Source of the DNA: Escherichia phage ECML-134
Sequence record: JX128259
Reading direction: 5' to 3' (one strand)
DNA: 64,000 nucleotides
Shown here piece after piece: positions 49,747 to 58,400 of the stretch. Within the stretch, counting starts at the first letter, position 1; each line of letters opens with the position of its first letter. The position numbers and the translations under genes are program-made. The notes under the pieces were generated by a model. It was not told the origin of the DNA. It did not search any database and saw only the letters and a list, made by a program, of their open reading frames with translations.

Positions 49747-50061
49747 CTAAAAGAAACTTCTTTCACAATTTTTTCCACTGAACCAAGCGCTCACTGCTTT
49801 CTTAGTCTCAGGAGCGGTGTTATCCATAAACCATTCAAAGGCAGCCTTTTTATGATTCTGGAGGGCTTCTCGGGCTTTAATCTGCTCACGGTCTATTAAC
49901 ACTAACATATGAGCCTTTCTTGTCACCATGGGCTTCTTATGATTTTTTGAATATTCCCAATCATTTGTCCAGCGCATCGTTGTTGCGAATTGAAGTACAG
50001 CTTCTTTAATCTTAGTTTCGTAAATTTCACGAGCCTTTGAGTATAACATCATTACCTCCAT
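49747..50061 (-). CDS. hypothetical protein
   Basis: 104-aa ORF. Confidence 0.55.
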   Translation of the reverse strand: MEVMMLYSKAREIYETKIKEAVLQFATTMRWTNDWEYSKNHKKPMVTRKAHMLVLIDREQIKAREALQNHKKAAFEWFMDNTAPETKKAVSAWFSGKNCERSFF

Positions 50062-50150
50062 TTACCAGTTTAATTCTAGTCATCTTTTTAATGGCAGTCC
50101 ATATAATCTATTTCTGAACTGCCTTTTGTCTTAGAAGTCCTCTTATGAAT

Positions 50151-51137
50151 TTATTTCAGAAGAGTAACCGTAGCAATTTCTTCCCAATGATTTTTGTCGG
50201 TCATAATAAAGTCAGCAAGATAAAGAGCAGTACGCAGTGAAACATTGCGTAAACGGTTAACATTGACTTTCATCCATGATAATGCTTTATAAGTTTCTTC
50301 ATCAGAAAGACCGCGCTTTTGCATCATGTCGGTTGAAAGAATAACATCTTCAACCCTGACCATAATTTCTTCATTAGTGTGAACACCCAAATCCAAATAA
50401 ACTGAGCGGGACACTAATGCTTGTAAATGTGGAGCAAGTTTAGTACCACGGTCTAATTCGCGGTCAATATCAACGTTTGTGATAAAAACAATCGTTCCTT
50501 TAAATTCAAACTCACGCTCAATGCCTTTTTCTTCTAAGTAAGAAGATGCGGTGCTCCAGCAGACTTTACGGGTCTCTCCAGTGTCCAGAGCAGCTTTCAG
50601 AAGATTAAGAATGTCCATATCAGAGAAAACATCCACATCATCAATCAAAAGGACAGAATTCTCTTCACGATTATTCCAAAGCTGTTCATAAAGACCGATA
50701 CCAGAGATTTTACCATTAATGCTTTTATACTCAATGTATCCAATATCATTTGCTTTATTTAAAGCTTTATCTAAAGAATACGTTTTACCAATACCCGCCG
50801 CACCAGAGATAATTAATGAACGAATGTTTCCGTTAATAATACCATTCGTCATCATTCCCATAACATTAAATCTTTTATTAATGCGGGTTTTCATATCTTC
50901 ATATGATTCTTTAACTTCTTCAACTTTTACACCATCATATGAAATGTCTGATTTGTAAACCCAAACACCGCGACGCTTACCGTCAATTTCAACAAAAACT
51001 TTACCATCTCCTTGTGCATCTACCGGAGCATTATCTGGGAACCATTCACCTAAGAGCTCAAAAGTTCCAGAGATTTCTTTACCGAAGTAGATACCCTTAT
51101 TGATAGTTACAGTTTTCATTTTATTCTCCAATCTCAC
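50151..51137 (-). CDS. P-loop NTPase
   Basis: 328-aa ORF; Walker A GAAGIGKT and Walker B VLLIDDVD. Confidence 0.65.
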   Translation of the reverse strand: MRLENKMKTVTINKGIYFGKEISGTFELLGEWFPDNAPVDAQGDGKVFVEIDGKRRGVWVYKSDISYDGVKVEEVKESYEDMKTRINKRFNVMGMMTNGIINGNIRSLIISGAAGIGKTYSLDKALNKANDIGYIEYKSINGKISGIGLYEQLWNNREENSVLLIDDVDVFSDMDILNLLKAALDTGETRKVCWSTASSYLEEKGIEREFEFKGTIVFITNVDIDRELDRGTKLAPHLQALVSRSVYLDLGVHTNEEIMVRVEDVILSTDMMQKRGLSDEETYKALSWMKVNVNRLRNVSLRTALYLADFIMTDKNHWEEIATVTLLK

Positions 51138-51155
51138 ATTTGTTTTGATAGGGTA

Positions 51156-51185
51156 ATAGTATCACACTACTACCCTTCTGTAAAC
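51156..51185 (-). promoter_or_regulatory. early sigma70-type promoter
   Basis: gtaaac at 51180-51185; -10 TACTAT. Confidence 0.5.
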
Positions 51186-51188
51186 AAT

Positions 51189-51452
51189 TTATTTTAACGT
51201 TCGCCAAATTTTTACTGCTTCACGGCGAGATACTTCTACAGCTCCAAGTTCTACAGCTTTTTGGCGTCGGCGAGCGTGTAAGTCATAATGTTTAATGCGT
51301 TTATCTTGAAACCAAGAACGTTTCATTCCTATTGCTTCTGCCATTTCATGAAGCTCTTCAATATCTCCATCAGTGAACATATGACAATTTTTAGTTGGAT
51401 GACCGCGAAGTTTCCATCCATGATTCATTAAAACATCTACGTAAACTGTCAT
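51189..51452 (-). CDS. small hypothetical protein
   Basis: 87-aa ORF. Confidence 0.55.
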   Translation of the reverse strand: MTVYVDVLMNHGWKLRGHPTKNCHMFTDGDIEELHEMAEAIGMKRSWFQDKRIKHYDLHARRRQKAVELGAVEVSRREAVKIWRTLK

Positions 51453-51598
51453 TGATTCTTCTCCAAATAAGTTTCGATAATTTTCTGAGCGAGATAAACT
51501 GCATTATCTTCAGTTGCATCTTCTAAGAAACTTTCAAAACACTCTGAAATTTCTTCTGTGTCAATCAACTTTTTTACTTCAATTGGTGTAATTTTCAT
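51449..51598 (-). CDS. small acidic protein
   Basis: ORF track gives 51449-51667; start moved to internal Met because promoter 51636-51665 lies inside the longer ORF. Confidence 0.45.
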   Translation of the reverse strand: MKITPIEVKKLIDTEEISECFESFLEDATEDNAVYLAQKIIETYLEKNQ

Positions 51599-51635
51599 TT
51601 TGTTTTTCCGTTTAAGTGTTTGTTTTGATAGTTGT

Positions 51636-51665
51636 ATAGTACCATAAAGCTTTATGCTTGTAAAC
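51636..51665 (-). promoter_or_regulatory. early sigma70-type promoter
   Basis: gtaaac at 51660-51665; -10 TACTAT; 30 nt from stem-loop 51696-51713. Confidence 0.55.
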
Positions 51666-51695
51666 AATTTTGTGAAAAATTTTTGAAATAAAAAA

Positions 51696-51713
51696 GGGAG
51701 CCCGAAGGCTCCC
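51696..51713 (-). terminator. stem-loop, UUCG tetraloop on transcript
   Basis: gggagcc-cgaa-ggctccc; 7 bp stem; 3 nt after stop of the nucleotidyltransferase-fold ORF. Confidence 0.55.
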
Positions 51714-51715
51714 TA

Positions 51716-52729
51716 TCATTTATAATAACTTCGGTGGTTTTCAAGATAAACCCTCTCAAGGAAGTCATCCCAGAAACCCATGTCTACTTTTTGCTGCATA
51801 CCGTTCTTAGAAGCTTCAGTAGATGCTGCTTCTACTTGATCGACCACATCTTCCAAAAACTCTTGAACTGTTTTAAATGGATGTTTACCCAACTTCACGT
51901 CGAGAATAAATGGAGCATCTTGAAGTGGATAAACCAAGTCACCAGTTTTGTAAATTTCCAATAGTTGGAGTCCACCACGGCAAGCATGACTCAAAGCTTT
52001 CCAGTCAATACCTTCATTGGCTTCGGCCTTACGAGCGCGTTCACCATATTCAGCATCTAATTTGTTCAGTGACTGCTTAAGCTCAATAAGAGAAAGAGTT
52101 GTCTGATATTTACGACCCAACACAGTGTAGAACGTTTGTGGGCCTGTTTTCTCATGATTATGGAACACCCATTCACAGAATTCGTTTTCTGGAAGACGAT
52201 GCTTAATATCTTCAACTTTAGTACGACGCTGCTTAATGGAACCGTCTTCTTGGTAATCAACCCATTGCTCAGGGATTTGATTAACTACTTTCAATACATC
52301 ACGTAATGCAGCCAAACGAGAACCCTTGACGCCGTATTTAGAAGCTTGCTTGCGGACATATCCTAAATATGATTTCATGTTAGTCGTATAAAAACGAGAA
52401 CGGTTGTCTTGAATAAACTTCCACACATCAGGCAAATCAGATTTAACCACCAGTTCAGGTGGAGTGTGAAGCATATCCAATGCTACAGTTTCACCATCTG
52501 CTGCTAATTTAAAGAAATACTTAAGACTATACAATTCGTGGTCAATATCATCTTTAGTGTTTTTAGATGATGTGTTGTTGGTGTTTTTACTCATGTGCTC
52601 TTTGACATTTCCGATAAGAATATCGCGAGCAGGAGGAACAAAAATTTCTTTAAAATCTACATCAGATTCTGGAGTAGAAGTTCCATAAAGATGACTACCA
52701 AAATAGCTTTTCATTACTGTTTTCATCAT
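51716..52729 (-). CDS. nucleotidyltransferase-fold protein (pol-beta-like signature)
   Basis: 337-aa ORF; N-terminal FGSHLYGTSTPESDVDF fits the G-S-x(10)-D-x-D nucleotidyltransferase pattern. Confidence 0.6.
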   Translation of the reverse strand: MMKTVMKSYFGSHLYGTSTPESDVDFKEIFVPPARDILIGNVKEHMSKNTNNTSSKNTKDDIDHELYSLKYFFKLAADGETVALDMLHTPPELVVKSDLPDVWKFIQDNRSRFYTTNMKSYLGYVRKQASKYGVKGSRLAALRDVLKVVNQIPEQWVDYQEDGSIKQRRTKVEDIKHRLPENEFCEWVFHNHEKTGPQTFYTVLGRKYQTTLSLIELKQSLNKLDAEYGERARKAEANEGIDWKALSHACRGGLQLLEIYKTGDLVYPLQDAPFILDVKLGKHPFKTVQEFLEDVVDQVEAASTEASKNGMQQKVDMGFWDDFLERVYLENHRSYYK

Positions 52730-53187
52730 TCAGCCTTATATTCAATAACAGGACATACTTTAGCTTTACGGGCTTTTAAAAATTCGACGATAATAGATTT
52801 CTTGGGTTGAATAGGAGGTAAACCTTTATACGCCCTATCAATATTTTCTACATGTAAAGCATAATCCTTTTTCCATTTATAATCTTTATATTTTTCATGC
52901 AGTTGTGCAGGAATAACAAATGAACCAATAATAAGTAAAACAAGCAAAATGGCAAATATAAATGCTGATGGAATAAGAGTCCATAAACTACCAAAAATAA
53001 TCCATTTCTGTATGATTTCTGCGCAGATGATAGTTAGACCTGTGAGTATAGTACATCCGAAAAAAGAAACGAAAAATGTAGGGATAACAATAGACCAAAA
53101 GTATGCACACAGTGTCTTAGGTCGTTTCCATTCATCATTAAACAGTTTGAATAATTTATAGTGCCAAGAGTTTTCATTAATAATCAT
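52726..53187 (-). CDS. multi-pass membrane protein
   Basis: 153-aa ORF; three to four hydrophobic segments; 4 nt overlap with the nucleotidyltransferase-fold ORF start. Confidence 0.6.
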   Translation of the reverse strand: MIINENSWHYKLFKLFNDEWKRPKTLCAYFWSIVIPTFFVSFFGCTILTGLTIICAEIIQKWIIFGSLWTLIPSAFIFAILLVLLIIGSFVIPAQLHEKYKDYKWKKDYALHVENIDRAYKGLPPIQPKKSIIVEFLKARKAKVCPVIEYKAE

Positions 53188-53189
53188 AA

Positions 53190-53711
53190 TTATCCTTTCA
53201 TTGAAGGTGTAACAGTTGTTAAATACTTAATCATAGCTTCAGCTTCTGATTTTGATAATGAAATTTCTCCATTGTTTTGACGAATAGAAATAAAATCCGG
53301 ATGACGGTCACCACCAGCTTTTAAAACACACATATAAGTATCAGTTTCATCTTCAATATCTGAAATGATTGAAGCAGTTCCACATGAATGTGGTTTTTGA
53401 TAAATCAATACAGCTTTTCTTCCACCGTTTGACTGTTCATAAACTTTTAACACATCAAACAAATCGCTTCTTTTATCAATAGCTAAGATGTTGTTTTCAT
53501 CTTCAATATTAAATCCTTCGGATACTTCATAAAGTGTCACCCATAAATCACCTATATCGATAGTAGCATTTCCTTTTCCACGACTTTCAAGAATATGACA
53601 AATTTTCTTGATTTCGTCATAACTCATTTTAATAATATCATCTCCTTGAATAAGGAAGATGTCATTTTTAAATTCAACATGAATTAAACCACTTCCACTT
53701 GAAATAAACAT
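53190..53711 (-). CDS. hypothetical protein, paralog pair member
   Basis: 173-aa ORF; C-terminus SKSEAEAMIKYLTTVTPSM similar to next ORF. Confidence 0.6.
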   Translation of the reverse strand: MFISSGSGLIHVEFKNDIFLIQGDDIIKMSYDEIKKICHILESRGKGNATIDIGDLWVTLYEVSEGFNIEDENNILAIDKRSDLFDVLKVYEQSNGGRKAVLIYQKPHSCGTASIISDIEDETDTYMCVLKAGGDRHPDFISIRQNNGEISLSKSEAEAMIKYLTTVTPSMKG

Positions 53712-53717
53712 ATTTCC

Positions 53718-54275
53718 TCACTTTGAAATCATAGTTGGAATGACAGAATCAAGATAAGTCTTTAGCGCAATAGCTTCGTCTTTGGTAAATGTGACAATAT
53801 GCGATCGAAAATCATCAATTTGACGAATAGTTAAGACATCACCATCTTCATAGCATTTTGATACGTTTAAAACAGTTTCATCATTTTGATTGCAAGCGTT
53901 AGTAATAATAGCATTGCAATTTTTGAGCCATTTTAAACTATGTTTTCTTTCATTAGAATAATAAAAATATTTAATCTTATCTATAAAACTATCCCAATGG
54001 ATAACTGATAAACACATTGACTCACTTTTAATATTAAATCCTGGGCATGAAGAATAAAAATGAATTTTGTGCTCATCATTGATGCTTACTATTTTATCAG
54101 TATAAGGATATTCAATTTGGGTTAAATGAATGATTTCGCTAGGAGTAAAATATAGCATATCGTCTTCTTGTGTCAAACGATACATATTATTTACTTTTTC
54201 TATAGCTAATTCACCAAAAAGCGGACTAACTTCTAATACTAATCGTTTCATATTGATTCTCTTCGACTCACTCAC
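53718..54275 (-). CDS. hypothetical protein, paralog pair member
   Basis: 185-aa ORF; C-terminus TKDEAIALKTYLDSVIPTM. Confidence 0.6.
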   Translation of the reverse strand: MSESKRINMKRLVLEVSPLFGELAIEKVNNMYRLTQEDDMLYFTPSEIIHLTQIEYPYTDKIVSINDEHKIHFYSSCPGFNIKSESMCLSVIHWDSFIDKIKYFYYSNERKHSLKWLKNCNAIITNACNQNDETVLNVSKCYEDGDVLTIRQIDDFRSHIVTFTKDEAIALKTYLDSVIPTMISK

Positions 54276-54410
54276 AATTACATACTCCTTTGAATAATAT
54301 CAATAATGTTGTTCACCAGATTATAAGTAAACATTGGATAATTATATTGAATCATCACATACACAACAAACAAAACTTTCATTCTCTTCTCCTTGGCAGT
54401 TGACAAGATT

Positions 54411-54440
54411 ACTATATCATAACCTTGCCAACTTGTAAAC
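54411..54440 (-). promoter_or_regulatory. early sigma70-type promoter
   Basis: gtaaac at 54435-54440; -10 TATAGT. Confidence 0.5.
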
Positions 54441-54445
54441 CATTA

Positions 54446-54616
54446 AATGACGTTTTCAATAAAATTCTGAAGCTTTGGGTGAGCATCAACCATGATTTTC
54501 ATTTCTTCCTTTGCGAAAGCTGTACCTCTTTCCCTAGCAGAATACTCATAGTCAGAAACTGCATTAGCATATTCTTCAATTAGCTTCATTAAAAACATCT
54601 GCTTTTCAGTTTTCAT
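54446..54616 (-). CDS. small hypothetical protein
   Basis: 57-aa ORF translated by hand (MKTEKQMFLMKLIEEYANAVSDYEYSARERG...); start overlaps upstream stop. Confidence 0.4.
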
Positions 54617-54800
54617 TATTCCACCTAATCATTTCAAGATATTGAACTAACTTAGCTTTGGATTTATCCAAATCCTTTTTAGCTGCTTCTATACCATCGT
54701 ATGAGTATCCTTCACAATGCTCAACTGCTAATTGGTATGAATCTATTTCAATATCACGTGCTAATTTAATGATTTTTTCAAACTGTTCACTTGTCAGCAT
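54606..54800 (-). CDS. small hypothetical protein
   Basis: 64-aa ORF. Confidence 0.5.
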   Translation of the reverse strand: MLTSEQFEKIIKLARDIEIDSYQLAVEHCEGYSYDGIEAAKKDLDKSKAKLVQYLEMIRWNNEN

Positions 54801-54802
54801 AC

Positions 54803-55042
54803 TTAAACTCTCGTATTATGATCGATAATTTCATCAAGAAACATATCTAAAGCTTCTACAGCATTATCAACTTTAGCTTCAAGTTCTTCAGCGCCTTTAT
54901 TTGCAATGCCTGCCGAAAACCAAGCAAAGTCACTAAGTTCCTCATCTGCTTTGCGAATTAAAGCTACCAATTCTTTAATTTTATCTGCTTGTTCAATGCT
55001 AGTCATTATTCCACCACATATGAAAGAGAGAATATTGCACAC
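54803..55042 (-). CDS. small acidic protein
   Basis: 79-aa ORF. Confidence 0.5.
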   Translation of the reverse strand: MCNILSFICGGIMTSIEQADKIKELVALIRKADEELSDFAWFSAGIANKGAEELEAKVDNAVEALDMFLDEIIDHNTRV

Positions 55043-55194
55043 GCCATATGAGTTGCAGCTTCATCACACATATCATAACTTTCCTTAAGAAGTTCTACAA
55101 GTTCTTCACTAGTAACTTCATCCATGTCGACGAAAAAATCACCATTAATGATGACGTAGATATTTCCTTCTTGATTAAGTGCTTCAATTTTCAT
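55006..55194 (-). CDS. small acidic protein
   Basis: ORF track gives 55006-55239; start moved to Met 16 after AGGAG; promoter lies inside the longer ORF. Confidence 0.45.
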   Translation of the reverse strand: MKIEALNQEGNIYVIINGDFFVDMDEVTSEELVELLKESYDMCDEAATHMACAIFSLSYVVE

Positions 55195-55222
55195 GATGTT
55201 CTCCTCTTTATCCGATAGTTGT

Positions 55223-55252
55223 ATAGTATCACAGCTCAAATGGAAAGTAAAC
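55223..55252 (-). promoter_or_regulatory. early sigma70-type promoter
   Basis: gtaaac at 55247-55252; -10 TACTAT; 15 nt from stem-loop 55268-55285. Confidence 0.55.
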
Positions 55253-55267
55253 CGGTAAAATGAAAAA

Positions 55268-55285
55268 AGTCTCCCGAAGGAGACT
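55268..55285 (-). terminator. stem-loop, UUCG tetraloop on transcript
   Basis: agtctcc-cgaa-ggagact; 7 bp stem. Confidence 0.55.
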
Positions 55286-55289
55286 AATG

Positions 55290-55676
55290 TTATTCGAGGG
55301 AAAGAAGATATTTACTCTGGTAAAACATCCCAGTAATATCATCTATCGTGCTTTGAATGGCTGGAGGCATTTCTTTATAAATGCTGTTAGATTGGTCTAG
55401 TATGCGATCAATCATTTTAATTGTGTCGGTAGGAAGTTTACTGGCATCTGGAATAGAAGGCGTGTATTTTCTACCAGAATACCCCAAATATTGCTCACCA
55501 AATTTATCAATCAAATCTGGCAACTCAGAGAAAATAAAATCGTATGCTTTGTGTCTAGCATAACTTTTAGTTTCAAAATGCGCAGAATGAAAATAAGCTT
55601 GTGCAGCCATTAATAAACCTAAGTATTCATCTGCCTTTGAAGGTTTTCCACTTTGTGAAAAGTCGCTGAATTTCAT
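55290..55676 (-). CDS. hypothetical protein upstream of rI
   Basis: 128-aa ORF; 4 nt overlap with rI. Confidence 0.55.
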   Translation of the reverse strand: MKFSDFSQSGKPSKADEYLGLLMAAQAYFHSAHFETKSYARHKAYDFIFSELPDLIDKFGEQYLGYSGRKYTPSIPDASKLPTDTIKMIDRILDQSNSIYKEMPPAIQSTIDDITGMFYQSKYLLSLE

Positions 55677-55966
55677 TCAGTCTCCAATTTAATGTTCATA
55701 ATTCTAGCGTATGATTGTGCCATCTCCGCGCCTCGCTCTATACATTCAAAATCGGAAGAGCACGGGTCATTTTTATAAGTCGTTCGCATAAAACTATAGA
55801 ACTGTTCAGATGATTCTACGCTTTTATTTTCAAAAAGCATATAAACGTGTCTAATACCAGATTCCATAAATTTATCAAAATGAGGATCGACATTCGCTTC
55901 AATTGGTGGAGATAAAGCAAACGCTAATCCTAGCATGGCAAATAGTGCCGTTGCTTTTAAGGCCAT
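55673..55966 (-). CDS. rI: lysis inhibition regulator RI
   Basis: 97-aa ORF MALKATALFAMLGLAFALSPPIEANVDPHF..., near-identical to recalled T4 RI. Confidence 0.8.
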   Translation of the reverse strand: MALKATALFAMLGLAFALSPPIEANVDPHFDKFMESGIRHVYMLFENKSVESSEQFYSFMRTTYKNDPCSSDFECIERGAEMAQSYARIMNIKLETE

Positions 55967-55978
55967 AAAGGCCTCCTA

Positions 55979-56191
55979 TCATTTTTGTCCTGTATTTACT
56001 TTATGCCGATGCACGGCCTTAACTTTATCAAGGTATTTTTCAAAATTTCGCAATCTAGTATAGTCTGCCGGAGATTGGTTGAGTGATACTTCTCGACGCA
56101 AAGCTGAAATGATATTTCCAACTTCCCTACGAATTTCATCTAATTGAAGAACAGTAAGATTGCGAAGTTGCTTTTCAGTTAATTGTAGCAT
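55979..56191 (-). CDS. small hypothetical protein
   Basis: 70-aa basic ORF. Confidence 0.5.
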
Positions 56192-56233
56192 ATATACCCC
56201 TTTAGTTAGATAAACCTATTTATAACTTTTGCA

Positions 56234-56815
56234 CTAACCGAGCTTTTTAGTTAATTCATTCCAATGTTTTCTACACAAAGAAACATAAATTTCATCACCA
56301 ATACAGATTTGATTACCTTCTTTAACTGGTGTTCCATCTTCCATTAATCGAGCTGTCATAATCGCTTTTTTGCCACAATGACAAACTGCTTTTAGTTCAA
56401 TAAGTTTATCTGCAATCGCCAAAAGTTCTTTAGAACCTTCAAATAATTTTCCAGCGAAATCAGTCCTTAGTCCATAAGCCATAACAGGAACATTATATGT
56501 ATCAACAATTCGGCTTAATTGATGCACCTGTTTAGTTTTTAAAAACTGGGCTTCATCTACAAATACACAATGAATATCTTTTTGTGCTTCAGCCCATTTA
56601 TAGAACTCAAAAATATCCATATCATCCGTAATAATATTCGCTTCCTGCTTAATTCCAATGCGAGAAACGACTTCACAGACAGAATCACGAGTATCAATAG
56701 CAGGCTTAAGAACTAATACACCCATTCCGCGTTCTTTATAATTATGTGCAGCAGTCAAAAGAGAAGCAGATTTTCCAGCATTCATTGCTGCGTAAGTAAA
56801 AATTAAACTCGCCAT
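56234..56815 (-). CDS. tk: thymidine kinase
   Basis: 193-aa ORF; P-loop AAMNAGKS; C-terminal zinc cysteines. Confidence 0.85.
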   Translation of the reverse strand: MASLIFTYAAMNAGKSASLLTAAHNYKERGMGVLVLKPAIDTRDSVCEVVSRIGIKQEANIITDDMDIFEFYKWAEAQKDIHCVFVDEAQFLKTKQVHQLSRIVDTYNVPVMAYGLRTDFAGKLFEGSKELLAIADKLIELKAVCHCGKKAIMTARLMEDGTPVKEGNQICIGDEIYVSLCRKHWNELTKKLG

Positions 56816-56824
56816 ATCACCTTC

Positions 56825-57010
56825 TTAAAGCGTATTCACATAAGCTATTAATTCGTTTTCTTTCTTATCAAACCGATCAGCAAATTCTTCTTGCTGATCG
56901 GGAGATAGCGGGCCATATTCATCATAAAAGGTGTTTGCTTCTGTATGCTCATCTAGAAGTTCATGGATAAGCTCAAACAATTTATCTTTTTGTTCTTTAC
57001 TCAGACTCAT
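56825..57010 (-). CDS. small acidic protein
   Basis: 61-aa ORF; start overlaps upstream stop. Confidence 0.5.
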   Translation of the reverse strand: MSLSKEQKDKLFELIHELLDEHTEANTFYDEYGPLSPDQQEEFADRFDKKENELIAYVNTL

Positions 57011-57180
57011 ATATTAATTTCCAGGAGTTTTAAAATAATTCTCTTTTGCTTAAATATTTCCATAGTTAAATGATCAGTATCTTTTTGACCAATTCCAATA
57101 GCAAAACCTTTATTAGCAGCGAGTTCAATTAAATTATCAAGTTCACGTGACACTTCATATTGTAACTCAGAACTATTCAT
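57010..57180 (-). CDS. small hypothetical protein
   Basis: 57-aa ORF translated by hand (MNSSELQYEVSRELDNLIELAANKGF...); ATGA overlap at both ends. Confidence 0.4.
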
Positions 57181-57404
57181 TTCGGTTTACCTTCTTTAAC
57201 GAAATCTGGATAAGGATAAAATCCCGAATAAAATCCTTCACCTTTATGATTGATGCATCCTTTATTAGAACAATAGCACCAATAATCGAAATCACAAGCC
57301 ATTTCATCATTACATAAAGCAAAAACAACCGGCCATTTACACTTTTCACAATGGGCATTTTTAAGAATACTAGTTTGGCTCATAACCATGTAACCTTTAA
57401 ACAA
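57177..57404 (-). CDS. small Cys-rich protein
   Basis: 75-aa ORF with 9 cysteines. Confidence 0.5.
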   Translation of the reverse strand: MFKGYMVMSQTSILKNAHCEKCKWPVVFALCNDEMACDFDYWCYCSNKGCINHKGEGFYSGFYPYPDFVKEGKPK

Positions 57405-57607
57405 TATTCTTCTACATGTTGTTTACGACCTTTCTTATCAATAAAGGTATATTCAACGAATGTTCCAATATAGTCTTTATCTACATCATGTGGACTATTA
57501 ATTGGACATTTAGTACGGCAAATGCGTTCCCATTGACGAATAATTTCCACTTTGTTTTTAGGATCAAACGGATGCGGGTAATGTATATTCATAATAACGG
57601 TTCCCAA
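57380..57607 (-). CDS. small hypothetical protein
   Basis: 75-aa ORF. Confidence 0.5.
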   Translation of the reverse strand: MGTVIMNIHYPHPFDPKNKVEIIRQWERICRTKCPINSPHDVDKDYIGTFVEYTFIDKKGRKQHVEEYCLKVTWL

Positions 57608-58056
57608 TCAACAATCACAATTTCTAATTTAGAGGAATATGTATCTAAAATATCTTTAATAATATCCCAGTTCCCTTTACCTATGCCTGCACCAATCCTA
57701 GGCATATAGATTGTAGGTTTAATCAGTTTATTTTCGCCAAACTCATTTAATTCTAACATACAATTCATTAAAGCGGAATACTCAAAATTTGGCCCTGGTT
57801 GAAATTGAGTATAAAGATTAAAGCAGTAAGCTTTATGAGTCCTAAAGTACTTTTCATAGACTGAGTAAGAACCGAGTTTAGTTACATCACCCCATTCAGT
57901 CTGTAATTTATCAACTTCTAGAATTTTAGGGAAAGCTTTAGTTAATTGACCTGCGACTCCAGCTTTCATCGCGTGAAAACAATTGCATCCATGCGCAATA
58001 TTTTTACCTTCAGCGAAAAGGGCGACAATATCGCCCTTGATATATTTTACAATCAT
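57589..58056 (-). CDS. macro-like domain protein (putative ADP-ribose binding/processing)
   Basis: 155-aa ORF; IAHGCNCFHAMKAGVAGQL and PRIGAGIGKG resemble macro-domain nucleotide and phosphate loops; by eye only. Confidence 0.5.
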   Translation of the reverse strand: MIVKYIKGDIVALFAEGKNIAHGCNCFHAMKAGVAGQLTKAFPKILEVDKLQTEWGDVTKLGSYSVYEKYFRTHKAYCFNLYTQFQPGPNFEYSALMNCMLELNEFGENKLIKPTIYMPRIGAGIGKGNWDIIKDILDTYSSKLEIVIVDWEPLL

Positions 58057-58400
58057 CTAGTACTCAATCCTCGATTATAAGAATCTACCAAACGGTCAAC
58101 CATTGAATGACAAGCGGCTTTATCTTTCTCCTCCGCAACTGAACATTCTAAGGTATTCCACTTTTTAGCATATCGTTTTAATAATGTATCGTTTTTGTAT
58201 CTGCTTGATTTATCTCTTTCTCCGTCTTTATATGCATATATTAATTTCTGTGCAAATTCAGCTTGGCATGCTTTATTTTTCCCACAATAATCTGCCGCAG
58301 TGCGGTTTACATATTCTCTAATTTCAGTATATGATGTATCTGCTGACGCAGAAGCAGAAAATGAAATTAATCCTATACATAAAACCAAAATTTTAGTCAT
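58053..58400 (-). CDS. vs: Vs-like periplasmic protein
   Basis: 115-aa ORF with signal peptide; T4 vs length; position after tk. Confidence 0.55.
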   Translation of the reverse strand: MTKILVLCIGLISFSASASADTSYTEIREYVNRTAADYCGKNKACQAEFAQKLIYAYKDGERDKSSRYKNDTLLKRYAKKWNTLECSVAEEKDKAACHSMVDRLVDSYNRGLSTR

